Shown in pieces: positions 52,701 through 63,240 of a stretch of 64,000 nucleotides of DNA. A program made the position numbers and the translations under genes. Under the pieces are notes generated by a model. The model did no database searches and was not told where the DNA came from. It saw only the letters and a list, made by a program, of their open reading frames with translations. This DNA is from Adineta vaga (lineage: Eukaryota; Animalia; Rotifera), in contig CP075495.1 of NCBI GenBank assembly GCA_021613535.1, positions 434,001 through 498,000 of the forward strand, in the 5' to 3' direction. The stretch's first letter is position 1. Each line of letters begins with the position of its first letter.

Positions 52701-53114
52701 GATGATGCATTAAAAGCAGTAGTAGCATACGATTTCAATCATGATGAAAAACTTGATCTCGCAATAGCCTGTTTTCTTAACGGGAGCGTCATTGTATTAC
52801 TTGGTGAAGGAAATGGAAAATTTCACTTTTTTGCACAATATATCGTTGGTTCACAACCAAATGCTTTAGTATTAAATGATTTCAATAATGATGGAATATT
52901 CGATTTAATAGTAAATAGTTTTAATAGTAATACGATTAAATTATTACTTGGTAATGGAAATGGAACATTTCGAACACCAATACAATATATGATTGAAGGA
53001 AATCCAACTTCTATTAGATCAGGTGATCTAAATAATGATAGAAAACAAGATCTAATTGTAACAAGTAATAATCCTTCGCGTTTTTATGTTTTTTTGAATA
53101 TTTGTGAAAATTAA
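49783..53114 (+). CDS. Receptor-like ART: cytosolic mono-ADP-ribosyltransferase + single TM + 14 FG-GAP/VCBS repeats
   Basis: Exons 49783-50695, 50750-50774, 50840-50958, 51043-53114 splice in frame. ART motifs VWRG, WSFSSCT and EDEVLL; KPKRQWYRKKR then TM FVIPSVFFISLIIVGILLGSVLG; 14 DFNND-type repeats with many NxT/S sequons. Confidence 0.88.
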
Positions 53115-53266
53115 TTATTTATTTAATCAAAAAATAAACTTAACTTAAATTATAATAACTTTAGATAAGATTATTGTTTACTGAATGTGATAGAAAAATG
53201 TCAACTACATTCTTTTTAATATAATTGAAAATTTACGACGTCATCACAATTACAACAAATAGAATA

Positions 53267-54465
53267 TTAAATATGAGTGTCTCCAACAGTTCTTGGTATG
53301 GTGTTTCTTTTTGTACGATTAGATTCTTGAGTAGTTAGTTGTTGTCGATAAAATAAATGAATTAATTCACGACGAAATGATTTACTTGATAATGTAAATA
53401 GATAAAAACTCATACATGATGAGAAATTAGCTATTGAACTACCAGCATTTCCAAGACTTCGATCTCTTAATTTTTCTAATTCACTTTTAATCATATTACT
53501 CGCTATGGTTACATAGAGTTGAGAAATTGAACCAATACTTGTTGTTGTAATGAAAACTAAACATTGAATTGTCAACATTTGAAGAAATTGTCGATCTATT
53601 TTGTTTTGATTTCGATGAATAGGATTTGATATATTTTCTGATGTTACAATTCTTCTTCTACCTTGACGAACATTTCGAATAGTGAGAAAACCAAAAACAA
53701 GCATAAAGATAGTTGGAATCCAACTCCAAATCACCAAATTCCATATCGACCAAAACGTTCGATAAGTGCTCGTTACAGATGTACATGATCGTTGAGGATA
53801 TAAGATAATTCCTTGATAGAAAGGTGCATGAATTTGAAGAAGAAAAACAAATAGAATTGTAAGTGGAATAGCACGAGTTGCCACACGAATACTACTCCAT
53901 TTTCGATATTTAGCAGATGATGAAGTACATAAAAATCTAAATACAATTAGAATAATTAAATCTTATCGAAATATATTCGAACATCGAAAAGTAGTGACAA
54001 CGATATTTTATAAAATATCGTTGTCACTACTTTTGAATATCCCTATGTACCGATCAATTGAAGCCAAAGTCATTAACCATGATGGTACTATTCTAAAAGA
54101 TAAGAAAAGAATAATTAGATATGAATATATTTGTATTAAGTCATAACTTACCGAAAACAAAATAAAAGATAGGATAGAATTTGACATGTTGGATTTGAAT
54201 ATATGAATACATCGATATAATATCCAACTTGAAGTAATCGTAATGGAACAAGAGAACAGACAACAGCACAACCAGATAGTGTTGATGCCATAAAATAATG
54301 TGTACATGGACTTGATCGAAAAGGACGACGTGTAAAAACATAAATACTTAATGTATGTCCAATTATACCAAAAATTATTAGACAAATATTCCATATTTGA
54401 TTGAATATGTTTAAACGTTCAATATCATTGACGAGATTTGACATAGTTGTATTTGATGATGACAT
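53267..54465 (-). CDS. Orphan class A (rhodopsin-like) GPCR
   Basis: Exons 54465-54152, 54092-54051, 53936-53267. FGIIGH (TM1), CQ..YL, LASIDRFLC (DRY-like), IPTIFMLVFG, SFYLFTLSSKSFRREL (TM7/helix 8). Confidence 0.85.
53987..54034. repeat. Perfect 48-bp loopless palindrome in GPCR intron 2
   Basis: AAAAGTAGTGACAACGATATTTTA|TAAAATATCGTTGTCACTACTTTT. Confidence 0.95.
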
Positions 54466-54875
54466 GTTGATTTATAAAACGACTGAATGAAAGTTTTATC
54501 ATACTAAATAACTCTATATTTTGATGATATGATTATAAAACTAATCTTTAATTTCTTTCTCATCAAAATTTGATCATATTCAATCTACTATATGAATGCT
54601 TATGATAATTCTATAGCTTAACATTAGTTTTTGACGTCATAAATTAATTATAAAAATAGAAAATGAAATTGTCAAATTCTGACAAGATGATTCTTCAACA
54701 TTCAATATTTTTATCTCGACAAAAATCTATTCTTTTCATGATTATTTTATAAAATAATGAACAGAAACGTACAGACAACAATTTCTTTCGATATTCAGCT
54801 GTCGTAGAGAAAAAGATTTTAATCTAATAAATCAATTTTATTTACAAAATCAAAGATAAATTTCCTAAATACATT

Positions 54876-55248
54876 TTATCGTACAAAACAAAATGGTGGA
54901 CAGATTATATGAGAAGATGCTCGATTATATACCTAAATAAAATAAAAGTAAAAAAGAATGAATGAATGATAAGATTATACTTACATCTTTGATTCTTTTA
55001 TATTCTAAAATACAAGAATAAGAAATAAATATTTTCAATAGAATATAATAATTTACCTTCTGGACTTATATCAAAAGCTTTATCTTTTTCTTTTAAATCT
55101 AAAAAAAACAACAAATCATTGAAAATCTTTTCGACAAAATCAAATTCTTTTTACGTTCTAAAGCTCGTGAAAATGAATTTCGTTTCTTTTTTGGTATTTG
55201 ATCATTTTCAGGAATTAATAATATTTTCGATGATGTTTCATTACCCAT
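54876..55248 (-). CDS. 70-aa micro-protein with N-myristoylation-like motif
   Basis: Exons 55248-55155, 55098-55057, 55004-54985, 54932-54876 (canonical GT-AG, frame kept) give MGNETSSKILLIPENDQIPKKKRNSFSRALEHLKEKDKAFDISPEEYKRIKDVYNRASSHIICPPFCFVR. An apparent 5'-UTR intron also lies upstream. Confidence 0.65.
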
Positions 55249-56333
55249 TATTCAAGGTGAAAAATACTTCAATCTAAAGCAAGAAATACATATATACTCA
55301 ATGTTATAATGTTTCCTTTCGTCTCTTACCTATATAAACACGTTTTATCGTTGAATTAGAAATATAATCTACAATACTCTTTTTTCGATTGTTTATATAG
55401 ATATCAGTGAGAAAAGAAAATATACAGCCTACGTTGATCATTGATCTATATCGATTTGAAAAGAAATCGTAGGTAAATATAACATTTATTTACGTCAGAG
55501 TATTTGTTTTTTTGTATTCATAGATTTATTTCGCAGTAGAAATAGTGACGATAAACAAATGGTAAATATCATATTCTATAAATAAAATATCATTACTGAT
55601 CTTTTTTTCCTATACACAAGAATATGATAATTAAAAACAGATTGCTCTATGTATAGTTTTTATTAAATGATGTCAATGGGTATATTCTCTACTTAACACA
55701 TCGTTTGGTCAAGTTTAATAGAAAACAAATATATTTGAACGTGTTTTAAAGAAGAGTGGTGTGACATATTCGGAAGATCAGAGATGCTGGAAAAAGCCCA
55801 TTTTCATAAACCACCATACCAATGTTTGAAATCTCGTTGTATTTGTAGATTTGCATTTGAGTTGTTCATATATTTTCTAATATTTCCATTAAGAATTGTT
55901 ATTATATCGTTGATAAATTAGTAGAATCTAAAATAGATTAAATCTATCGAATAATATTAACAGAAATACTTAGAGAACAATAATGAAAGAAATATTCATA
56001 TGAAATAAGATATCGATTCTTCTTAATCATGTGATGGTAAATACTGATGAAATCGTAAAAAGTTTGCGTGTAAATGTACTACTCTTTATACATTCTGTTT
56101 TCTATAATTCATGATACGAATATTGGAGGAAAGAGTCGTTTATATAATCAGATCTGTCTACATCTACCAACCCTCCAAGATGCGGTTAAAGAAAACATAC
56201 ATTTTCACATCCATGTGCGTTAATAACGCGCATTCTTTTACTACCTACCAATGTTTTTTGACATTCACTCATCTATAGTTTGTCAATGATTCTATGCAAC
56301 AAACATTCTCACATCTCATAAAATATTCACCAC

Positions 56334-57430
56334 ATGGCAACATCAAACAACAGAACAATCTGTTTTGTGTGTAACAAAGACAAAATTACTTATCCTTGTA
56401 ATGGTTGTAAAAGATTATTTTGTTATACACACTTGAGAGAACATCATCAAGGATTGAATGAAGAATTAGGTATTATTATCAATGATTATAATTGTTTTCA
56501 ACAAATAATTAATGACCAAAAACAAAATTCACGAAATTCTTCTTTAATGAAACAGATCGATCAATGGGAAAGAAATTCAAGAAGAAAATGAATTCAACGA
56601 AATTGATCTAAATTGATTGACTTTTTATTTCTAGAATTAAAATATAATAAATGGAATCAACATGCGACTATATAGTTGCTGGAGGAAATCGAGAAGGATA
56701 ACGATTGAATCAACTGTATGAACCTCGAGGATTAGTTGTTGACGAAAATAATAATATCTATATTGCTGATTTTCAAAATCATCGTATTGTTAAATGGAAA
56801 TGTGGTGATGCAAAAGAAGGTCGAATTCTTATAGATAAAGATAATGATCTATTCAATAAACCAACAGATGTTGTTGTTGATAAAAACAATGATTCTTTAA
56901 TCGTTGCTGATTATGGAAATATCGACGAGTTATTCGATGTTTTGATCAAATTCCAAGAGAAATATCAATTCTTATTGATAATATTGATTGTTTTGGTGTT
57001 GCAATAGATAAATATGGATATCTCTATGGTTCGAATCAAGAAAAAAATGAAGTAAGAAAATGGAAAGATGGACAAAATGATGGAATATTAGTTGCAGGTG
57101 GAAATGGTTTAGGAATTCATCCAAAACAACTTAATTCTTCTACTTTTATTTTTGTTAATGATAATCAATCAATTTATATATCAGATACTGGAAATCATCG
57201 AATTTTGAAATAGAATAAAAATGCAAACAAAGGTATAATTGTTGCAGGAGGAAATAACGAAGGTATAGTGATCTTAATCAATTATTTGAACCTCATGGAA
57301 TAATTGTTGATGAATCGAATCAAATATATATTGATGATTGGGGAAATAATCGAATAATGCGTTGGTCTGAAGGAAATTCATATATTTCCGATCGAAATAA
57401 TCATTGTGTTCAAAAATATGAAATCAGTTT
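56334..57430 (+). pseudogene. B-box-like zinc finger/coiled-coil + NHL repeat pseudogene
   Basis: CFVC..C.GC...FC..HL.EH and IDQWE, then NHL pieces (VAGGN, LYEPRGL.VD, IYIADFQNHRIVKW) broken by frameshifts and a TAG at 57211-57213. Confidence 0.8.
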
Positions 57431-57474
57431 TGAGGGTGTGAGTACTCATCTTTTCTGTCACCCACACCCAACAC
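57430..57474. repeat. Mini element with inverted telomere-like arms
   Basis: TTGAGGGTGTGAGT ... CACCCACACCCAACAC. Confidence 0.6.
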
Positions 57475-57685
57475 ATCGTTCGAGAAGAAGAGACGATTTT
57501 TATTTGTAGTTAATTATTAGATTATTTTAATGTTCCATGATATACTGTCATCTTCAGTATAGCCATCTATATGTAATATTATTCGTTTTATTCTTAGATG
57601 TTTTCGAATGATTGGTCAACTGTGAACAATTAACTTTCATTCTTATTTTTATTGAACGAAATTTATCTATGGTTTTTTTTTCTAA

Positions 57686-58300
57686 ATGACAGAAAAGATT
57701 TATCGAAAAACTGGTGGTAAAAGACGAAGAAAACAAAATATTTCAAAAAAAATTTTTCTTTTTTCTAGGTGTTCGATTTTCTGCTGATGCAACAGATTCA
57801 TCTGATGATCATGAAGAACATCTATCTAAAAGTAAAATTTTCATATATTTCTCATAATTTTTATTGTTTTGATTTTCTTAGATGAAATTCATTGGAATAC
57901 AAATGAATGTTCATTAGATTTATATTTTGGTATTTTAAAACTTTCTCATATTTATTCGATGACATTTGATGTGATCTTTGATGAAATTCCAATTCAATTA
58001 GAAATAATTCTTGATCATCAAGATTCACATGGTTTACAATTAATTGTTAATCAATGTTCAAATTCTCATTTAAATCATCAAATTCGTTATGAAGTTGAAG
58101 TTGTTATTAATGGTGATACAATTCCTGGACCATTTCATCGAACATTTTTATTAAAAGAAATCTCAGAATCATCGTCACAAAAATCGATTCAAATTAATGT
58201 AAAAGGAAAAATTTTACGTGAAAATCAAGGAACAGCTACATTAAAACATGGTGTTCATATGAAATCAATTATTAAAGAAGTTAACGAAGATGATGAATGA
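57686..58300 (+). CDS. ADISSP: ADISSP/C20orf27 (DUF4517/UPF0687)-like protein
   Basis: Exons 57686-57716, 57769-57831, 57882-58300. GVRFSA, FGILKLSHIYSMTF and INVKGKILRENQGTATLKHGV resemble recalled C20orf27 motifs IRFAA, VGFLKILHRYEITF and VTVQARVMDRHHGTPMLLDGV. Confidence 0.7.
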
Positions 58301-59570
58301 ACAAAAAATTAAGTTTTCTTAGAAATAAATCGATATACATACAGATATCTTTTTTTTTTCAATAATTATATTCATATTTCATTTTCTAAAATAATTCTAT
58401 ACGAATAGAATGAGACTTTGTTTTGTATCGATATGTTCTTATCTTTTTTCCAACATGAAAATAGTTTAGGAGAAAAGAATGATAACAACGATCACTCTTC
58501 TTCTTCAACAAGTAAAAAATGAAGTATGGACCAAAACTACGAGACGTAACCGTACCTCTATTCGGACTCGGAAAAGGCTCTCAATGTGTTTATGAATATT
58601 TGGGTGCTCAACACCATGCTGTATGTGCAATGCATCAGAAAAAGAATTCTACATTATAGTACCGATGAAAACCCAATTAAATATATACAAGACACAAAAT
58701 GACAATTATTCTGCGCAGTATTAGCTATAACAATCACTAGCATTGATATGAAGAACAAAACAATGAATATTTTAATTGTAAAACAAAAATAAAACGATTC
58801 TATTATTTGTCTATGGAACGACATGATTGATCAAGAAGAATTTTTTTTAACTTTCATTATACAGGAAAATAATTCATGTGATCAAAGTCAAAACATACAA
58901 AATAAGAATAGATTGTGTGTGGCCATATGTGAGGAGAGAGTGTTGTAATGACAAACTGGTTGAGTAGCTAACCGCCTCTCACGGTATGATGTTTATTGAC
59001 TACTCTACATGACCAGAATGTCTCTACTTCACAATAAGACACACGCTTATATAGAGAGAGGAAGAGAAATGTACATACAGACCAATGAAGCGAAGATAAG
59101 AACGAAAGAATGAACCGAGAAGTCAAACGGTAATATGACCGATAGAATGATATTGTTCTCGTCACAAGTGTCACCTCTATATTCACTAAATTATCGAATT
59201 CGAGAGTTGTCTGTTGTAAGTTTCAAAACATGATGTCTGAAATTTAAATTCTTTTCCGGTACCATAACCATGTACAATACACCTGTTTTCTCTATCAAGT
59301 AATTCAATGATACTATCATCACTATCCACGCTCTTATGACTTCTAACAACATCAATGAAAATACACAACTACAATTGCGTTTTCAATCAAAAATGATTAT
59401 CATTGCCATATTCAATGAACTCTATACTGTGTCGTTCATATCGAAACTCTTTTTCCTAATACTTTTTGTCGCATGAATAAAGTGTCGCTAGTATAATTTT
59501 TTACACAACTCATGATTGGTTTTAACCTAAATCAATTTTTCACAATCAATTTTGTAAGTTATACGAGAAT

Positions 59571-59990
59571 ATGTCAACTTTATTGAATATTTATCTTTGT
59601 TTAATTATAATTTTCCCCTGGTTTTCATCATTACTTTATTTGTTCTTTCCTGGTGAAACGATGAAATATTTTGGTGATTTGCCAACATCATCCGGTCAAT
59701 TCTGGGTACGAGTCGTTGCAAGTGGTGACATTCTTGTTGGATTTCTTGCTTTTATTGGATTAAGAACACGAAATAATGAAATATTAAAATTAGTTTTACA
59801 ATCAATTGCTATTTATACTCTTTTTCATATGTCAACATTTTGGTATGATCATACTTTTCGTAAACAACATCCAAATGGTCCTATTTTCTATATAATTCTA
59901 TTGGTAATGAGTCTTGCTGCTTGCGGATGGTGGCCTTGGTGGAAACCACCGTATCATTTAAATAATTCTTCACATATGAAAGATCAATAA
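59571..59990 (+). CDS. Intronless small 4-TM protein, unknown family
   Basis: 139-aa ORF with four hydrophobic segments. Confidence 0.7.
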   Translation: MSTLLNIYLCLIIIFPWFSSLLYLFFPGETMKYFGDLPTSSGQFWVRVVASGDILVGFLAFIGLRTRNNEILKLVLQSIAIYTLFHMSTFWYDHTFRKQHPNGPIFYIILLVMSLAACGWWPWWKPPYHLNNSSHMKDQ

Positions 59991-60294
59991 GAAAAACATA
60001 AATTTAAAAGATACACATCAACGTTAAAAAAGAATTTAGAACTATATAGTATATTTCCATAGATAAGAATATCTTTTTCTTTGTATATTTAATCGAAATG
60101 ATAACATTTTAGATAAATGTGATTAAATATATCTTGTGTTAAGAAATACGTTTATCAATTCATTTTTATTTAGGAAAGATTATTTAATAAAAATCGAATT
60201 TGTAATGGATAAATATATTGACAAAAAAAAAGATTTGATAAAATGTTAAAATTTCAGTCCTTAAGAAGAAAATCTTGTTGTGTTGATATAACTA

Positions 60295-62364
60295 TCAATA
60301 TAATTCAGCACTTGTGAGATAGCCACCATTATCACCACCAGCAACTAGTACGGTTCCATTTGATAATATCGATGCTGTATGATACTTTCGTGCAACATTC
60401 ATATTTCCTGTCATTCTCCAAATACCTGTCGATGGATCATACAATTCAGTACTACTCGGAGTAGCTCCATTATCACCACCAGTAACTAGCACTTTTCCAT
60501 TTGATAATATCGATGCTGTATGATACTTTCGTGCAACATTCATATCTCCTGTTATTGTCCAAATACCTGTCGACGAATCATATAATTCAGCACTTTTGAG
60601 ATCACCACCACCAGATCCACCAGTAACTAATACTTTTCCATTTAATAACACCGTTGCTGTATGATATCTTCGTTCGACACTCATGTTTCCTGTAGTAATC
60701 CAGTTACCTGTTGAGGAGTTGTACAATTCAGCATTTTTGAGAGCAACACCACCATTTTCTCCACCAGAAACTAATGCTGTTTGATTTGATAATATCGATA
60801 CTGTGTGATACCTTCTCGCAACATTCATATTTCCTGTCATTGTCCAAATACCTGTCGATGGAGCATATAATTCAGCACTACTCAGAGCAGTACCACCATT
60901 ATGTCCACCAGTAACTAATATTTTTCCACTTGATAATGTGGATGCTGTATGATACCTTCGTCCGACTGTCATGTTTCCTGTCAGTATCCAACTACCTGTC
61001 GATGAATCATACAATTCAGCACGTGTGAGATGACCAGCACTACCATCATCTCCACCAACAACTAATACTGTTCCATTTAATAATATCGATGCTGCATAAT
61101 CCCATCGTTTGACACTCATGTTTCTTGTAGTAGTCCAATTACCTGTTGATGGATCATACAATTCAGCACTTCTAAGATTGGTCCCACCAGTAACTAACAC
61201 TTTTCCATTTGATAATATTGATGCTGTATGATACCTTCGTCCGACTGTCATGTTTCCTGTCAGTATCCATCCTAAATAAGATTAATAAAACAATAGTTTT
61301 TCTTCTATAAAATTCTTAGTTTTTTTAAAATAAATGAGTAACTAACTCTGAATTATCTATTAATAGAAAATCTTTCTTACTTGAATGAATAATTAAATCG
61401 AATTTTTGTATTCGATGATTATTTTGATCAGTAACAAAAAGATTTCCATAACTATCAAAACTAAGACTCCAAGGTTGATTCAATTGATTCGATGCTAAAC
61501 CTGATGAATTTGTACATCCAATTAAACATTGAAAACCATTTGATCTTTCACCAACAATACGATTATTACCAGAATCAACAATGAATAAATATTTATCATA
61601 GTCTAAAATAATTGCAGTTGGACAATTGAGATTGATCATCACATTTACTGATCCAGTTCCAATTACGGTTTGGCCGATTAATTTTTCTGAATTAAACAAC
61701 TGAATTCGATTATTTCCACAATCAGCAACATATAAATCTCCATTTGTATCATCAATAAATATCCCACGAGGATTTCGAAGTGTTGTTGATGTTGATCCAG
61801 CACTTCCTGTTCCAGCAACAATCATCAATGGACTCCAATCATTTATCAATGATTTGGAAAGAATCTGATGACGTTGAGAAAATGAACAAAAGAGAATATT
61901 GTTAATACTTATAAAGATATCAAAACATTGTTGACATAAATTCATTCTTGATATTGAAATTATTGAATTCAATGCAATGCGACTAATACCACCAAGTGAA
62001 GAAAATGTATCAATATAAATTTCATTTGTGTTTGTTACAAAAATAGTTGATGAATTTATTGTTGCTGTAAGATTTCCTTGGAAAAGAAGAATAATTTGAC
62101 CATTATCTCGATTAGGAACGAATATTGTATTATTTGTATTGATAAATATATCCAAAGGATATGATCCAATAGACACATTATTGGCAATAGTTGTTCCATT
62201 TGGATTCCAGGAATCATCGGAAGAGAGTTTTGGTTGATTATAAGAAACCCCTAAAGTATATCGATTTTATTTCTTGTCATTCGTAGAATTTCAAATAACT
62301 TACCTTTCGTTTCTTTAATTATGAATAAAACTATTGAGAAAATCAATTCTTTATTTGCAAACAT
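60295..62364 (-). CDS. Secreted NHL propeller + 7 kelch repeats
   Basis: Exons 62364-62304 (signal-like), 62250-61381 (SYNQPK..WNPNGTT, NHL repeats) and 61271-60295 (seven M..RxxHTAS.L.NG.VLV.GG..AELY units); both introns phase 1. Confidence 0.85.
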
Positions 62365-62520
62365 TATGAAGAAATGAAATGCTCGCAATTTCTTCATCTT
62401 TTATTTTATTTACTTTAAACATCGAATCGATTATTAAATAAATAAAAAAAAGAAGTCTGGTTTGAAATTCTACAAATTATACATGTTGGAGAATATGATT
62501 TTGCAAAAAAAATGAACAAA

Positions 62521-62964
62521 TATATGTCAGAGTTGACTCTAAAATAAATAATCGTAAACTTTTTTCAATATCATAAATAGTCTTTTATTGAGTACATTAG
62601 ACAGATATAAAGCAAACTAATGGAAAACAATTTAAATCACTAGGAAATTGCAAGTGTTTGGGCAATTGTAGCACGAATCTGTGTTATTGCAAGAAAAATA
62701 ATCGAAAATGCTGTACGAAATGTCACAGCGATAATCATTCAAAATGTAAAAATTGCTAGATTTTCTTTTATATTTATCAGCAATAGGTTAGAGATTTTTT
62801 TGTTTACGATAGTTGTTTTTTTTTCATTAGTTTGCTTTATATCTGTCTAATGTACTCAATAAAAGACTATTTATGATATTGAAAAAAGTTAACGATTATT
62901 CATTTTAGAGTCAACTAGTTGCCTTTTAAAGGCAACTGGATTTTAGAGTTAACTCTGACATATA
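62521..62964. mobile_element. MITE with ~110-bp near-perfect TIRs
   Basis: 62521-62632 is the reverse complement of ~62815-62964 apart from an insertion in the right arm; TA-rich ends. Confidence 0.8.
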
Positions 62965-63240
62965 TAAATATGTTAAGCAACACTCTCTCAGTTAGAAAAA
63001 ATTCTGGAAATGCGTGAGATAACTGATTCTGGAATGTTCAACATCGCGGAATAGAATGAGCGCTCGAATCGTTGATATTTTAATAATCGATTCTGTTTAG
63101 TTTTTTTCGCGATTTTTTATGTAAAGAGTTTATCGGAATTTGAGTTTGTCATAAACTCAAATTCTTCATCATCTCCATCGGGTTAAAGGTTAAAAAAGAA
63201 AGTCGTAGCCAAAGATTAAGCAAACGTTTATTTTAGGATA

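Noticed and set aside
5038-54394. Antisense or alternate-frame ORFs overlapping real genes (e.g. 5038-5265, 15124-15336, 30086-30370, 38737-39102, 50333-50551, 52026-52268, 54008-54394)
   Set aside because: Shadow frames of the true coding exons.
58500-59420. GC-richer fragments and ORFs 58968-59186 and 59186-59368
   Set aside because: Possibly decayed TE or pseudogene sequence; no assignable motifs.
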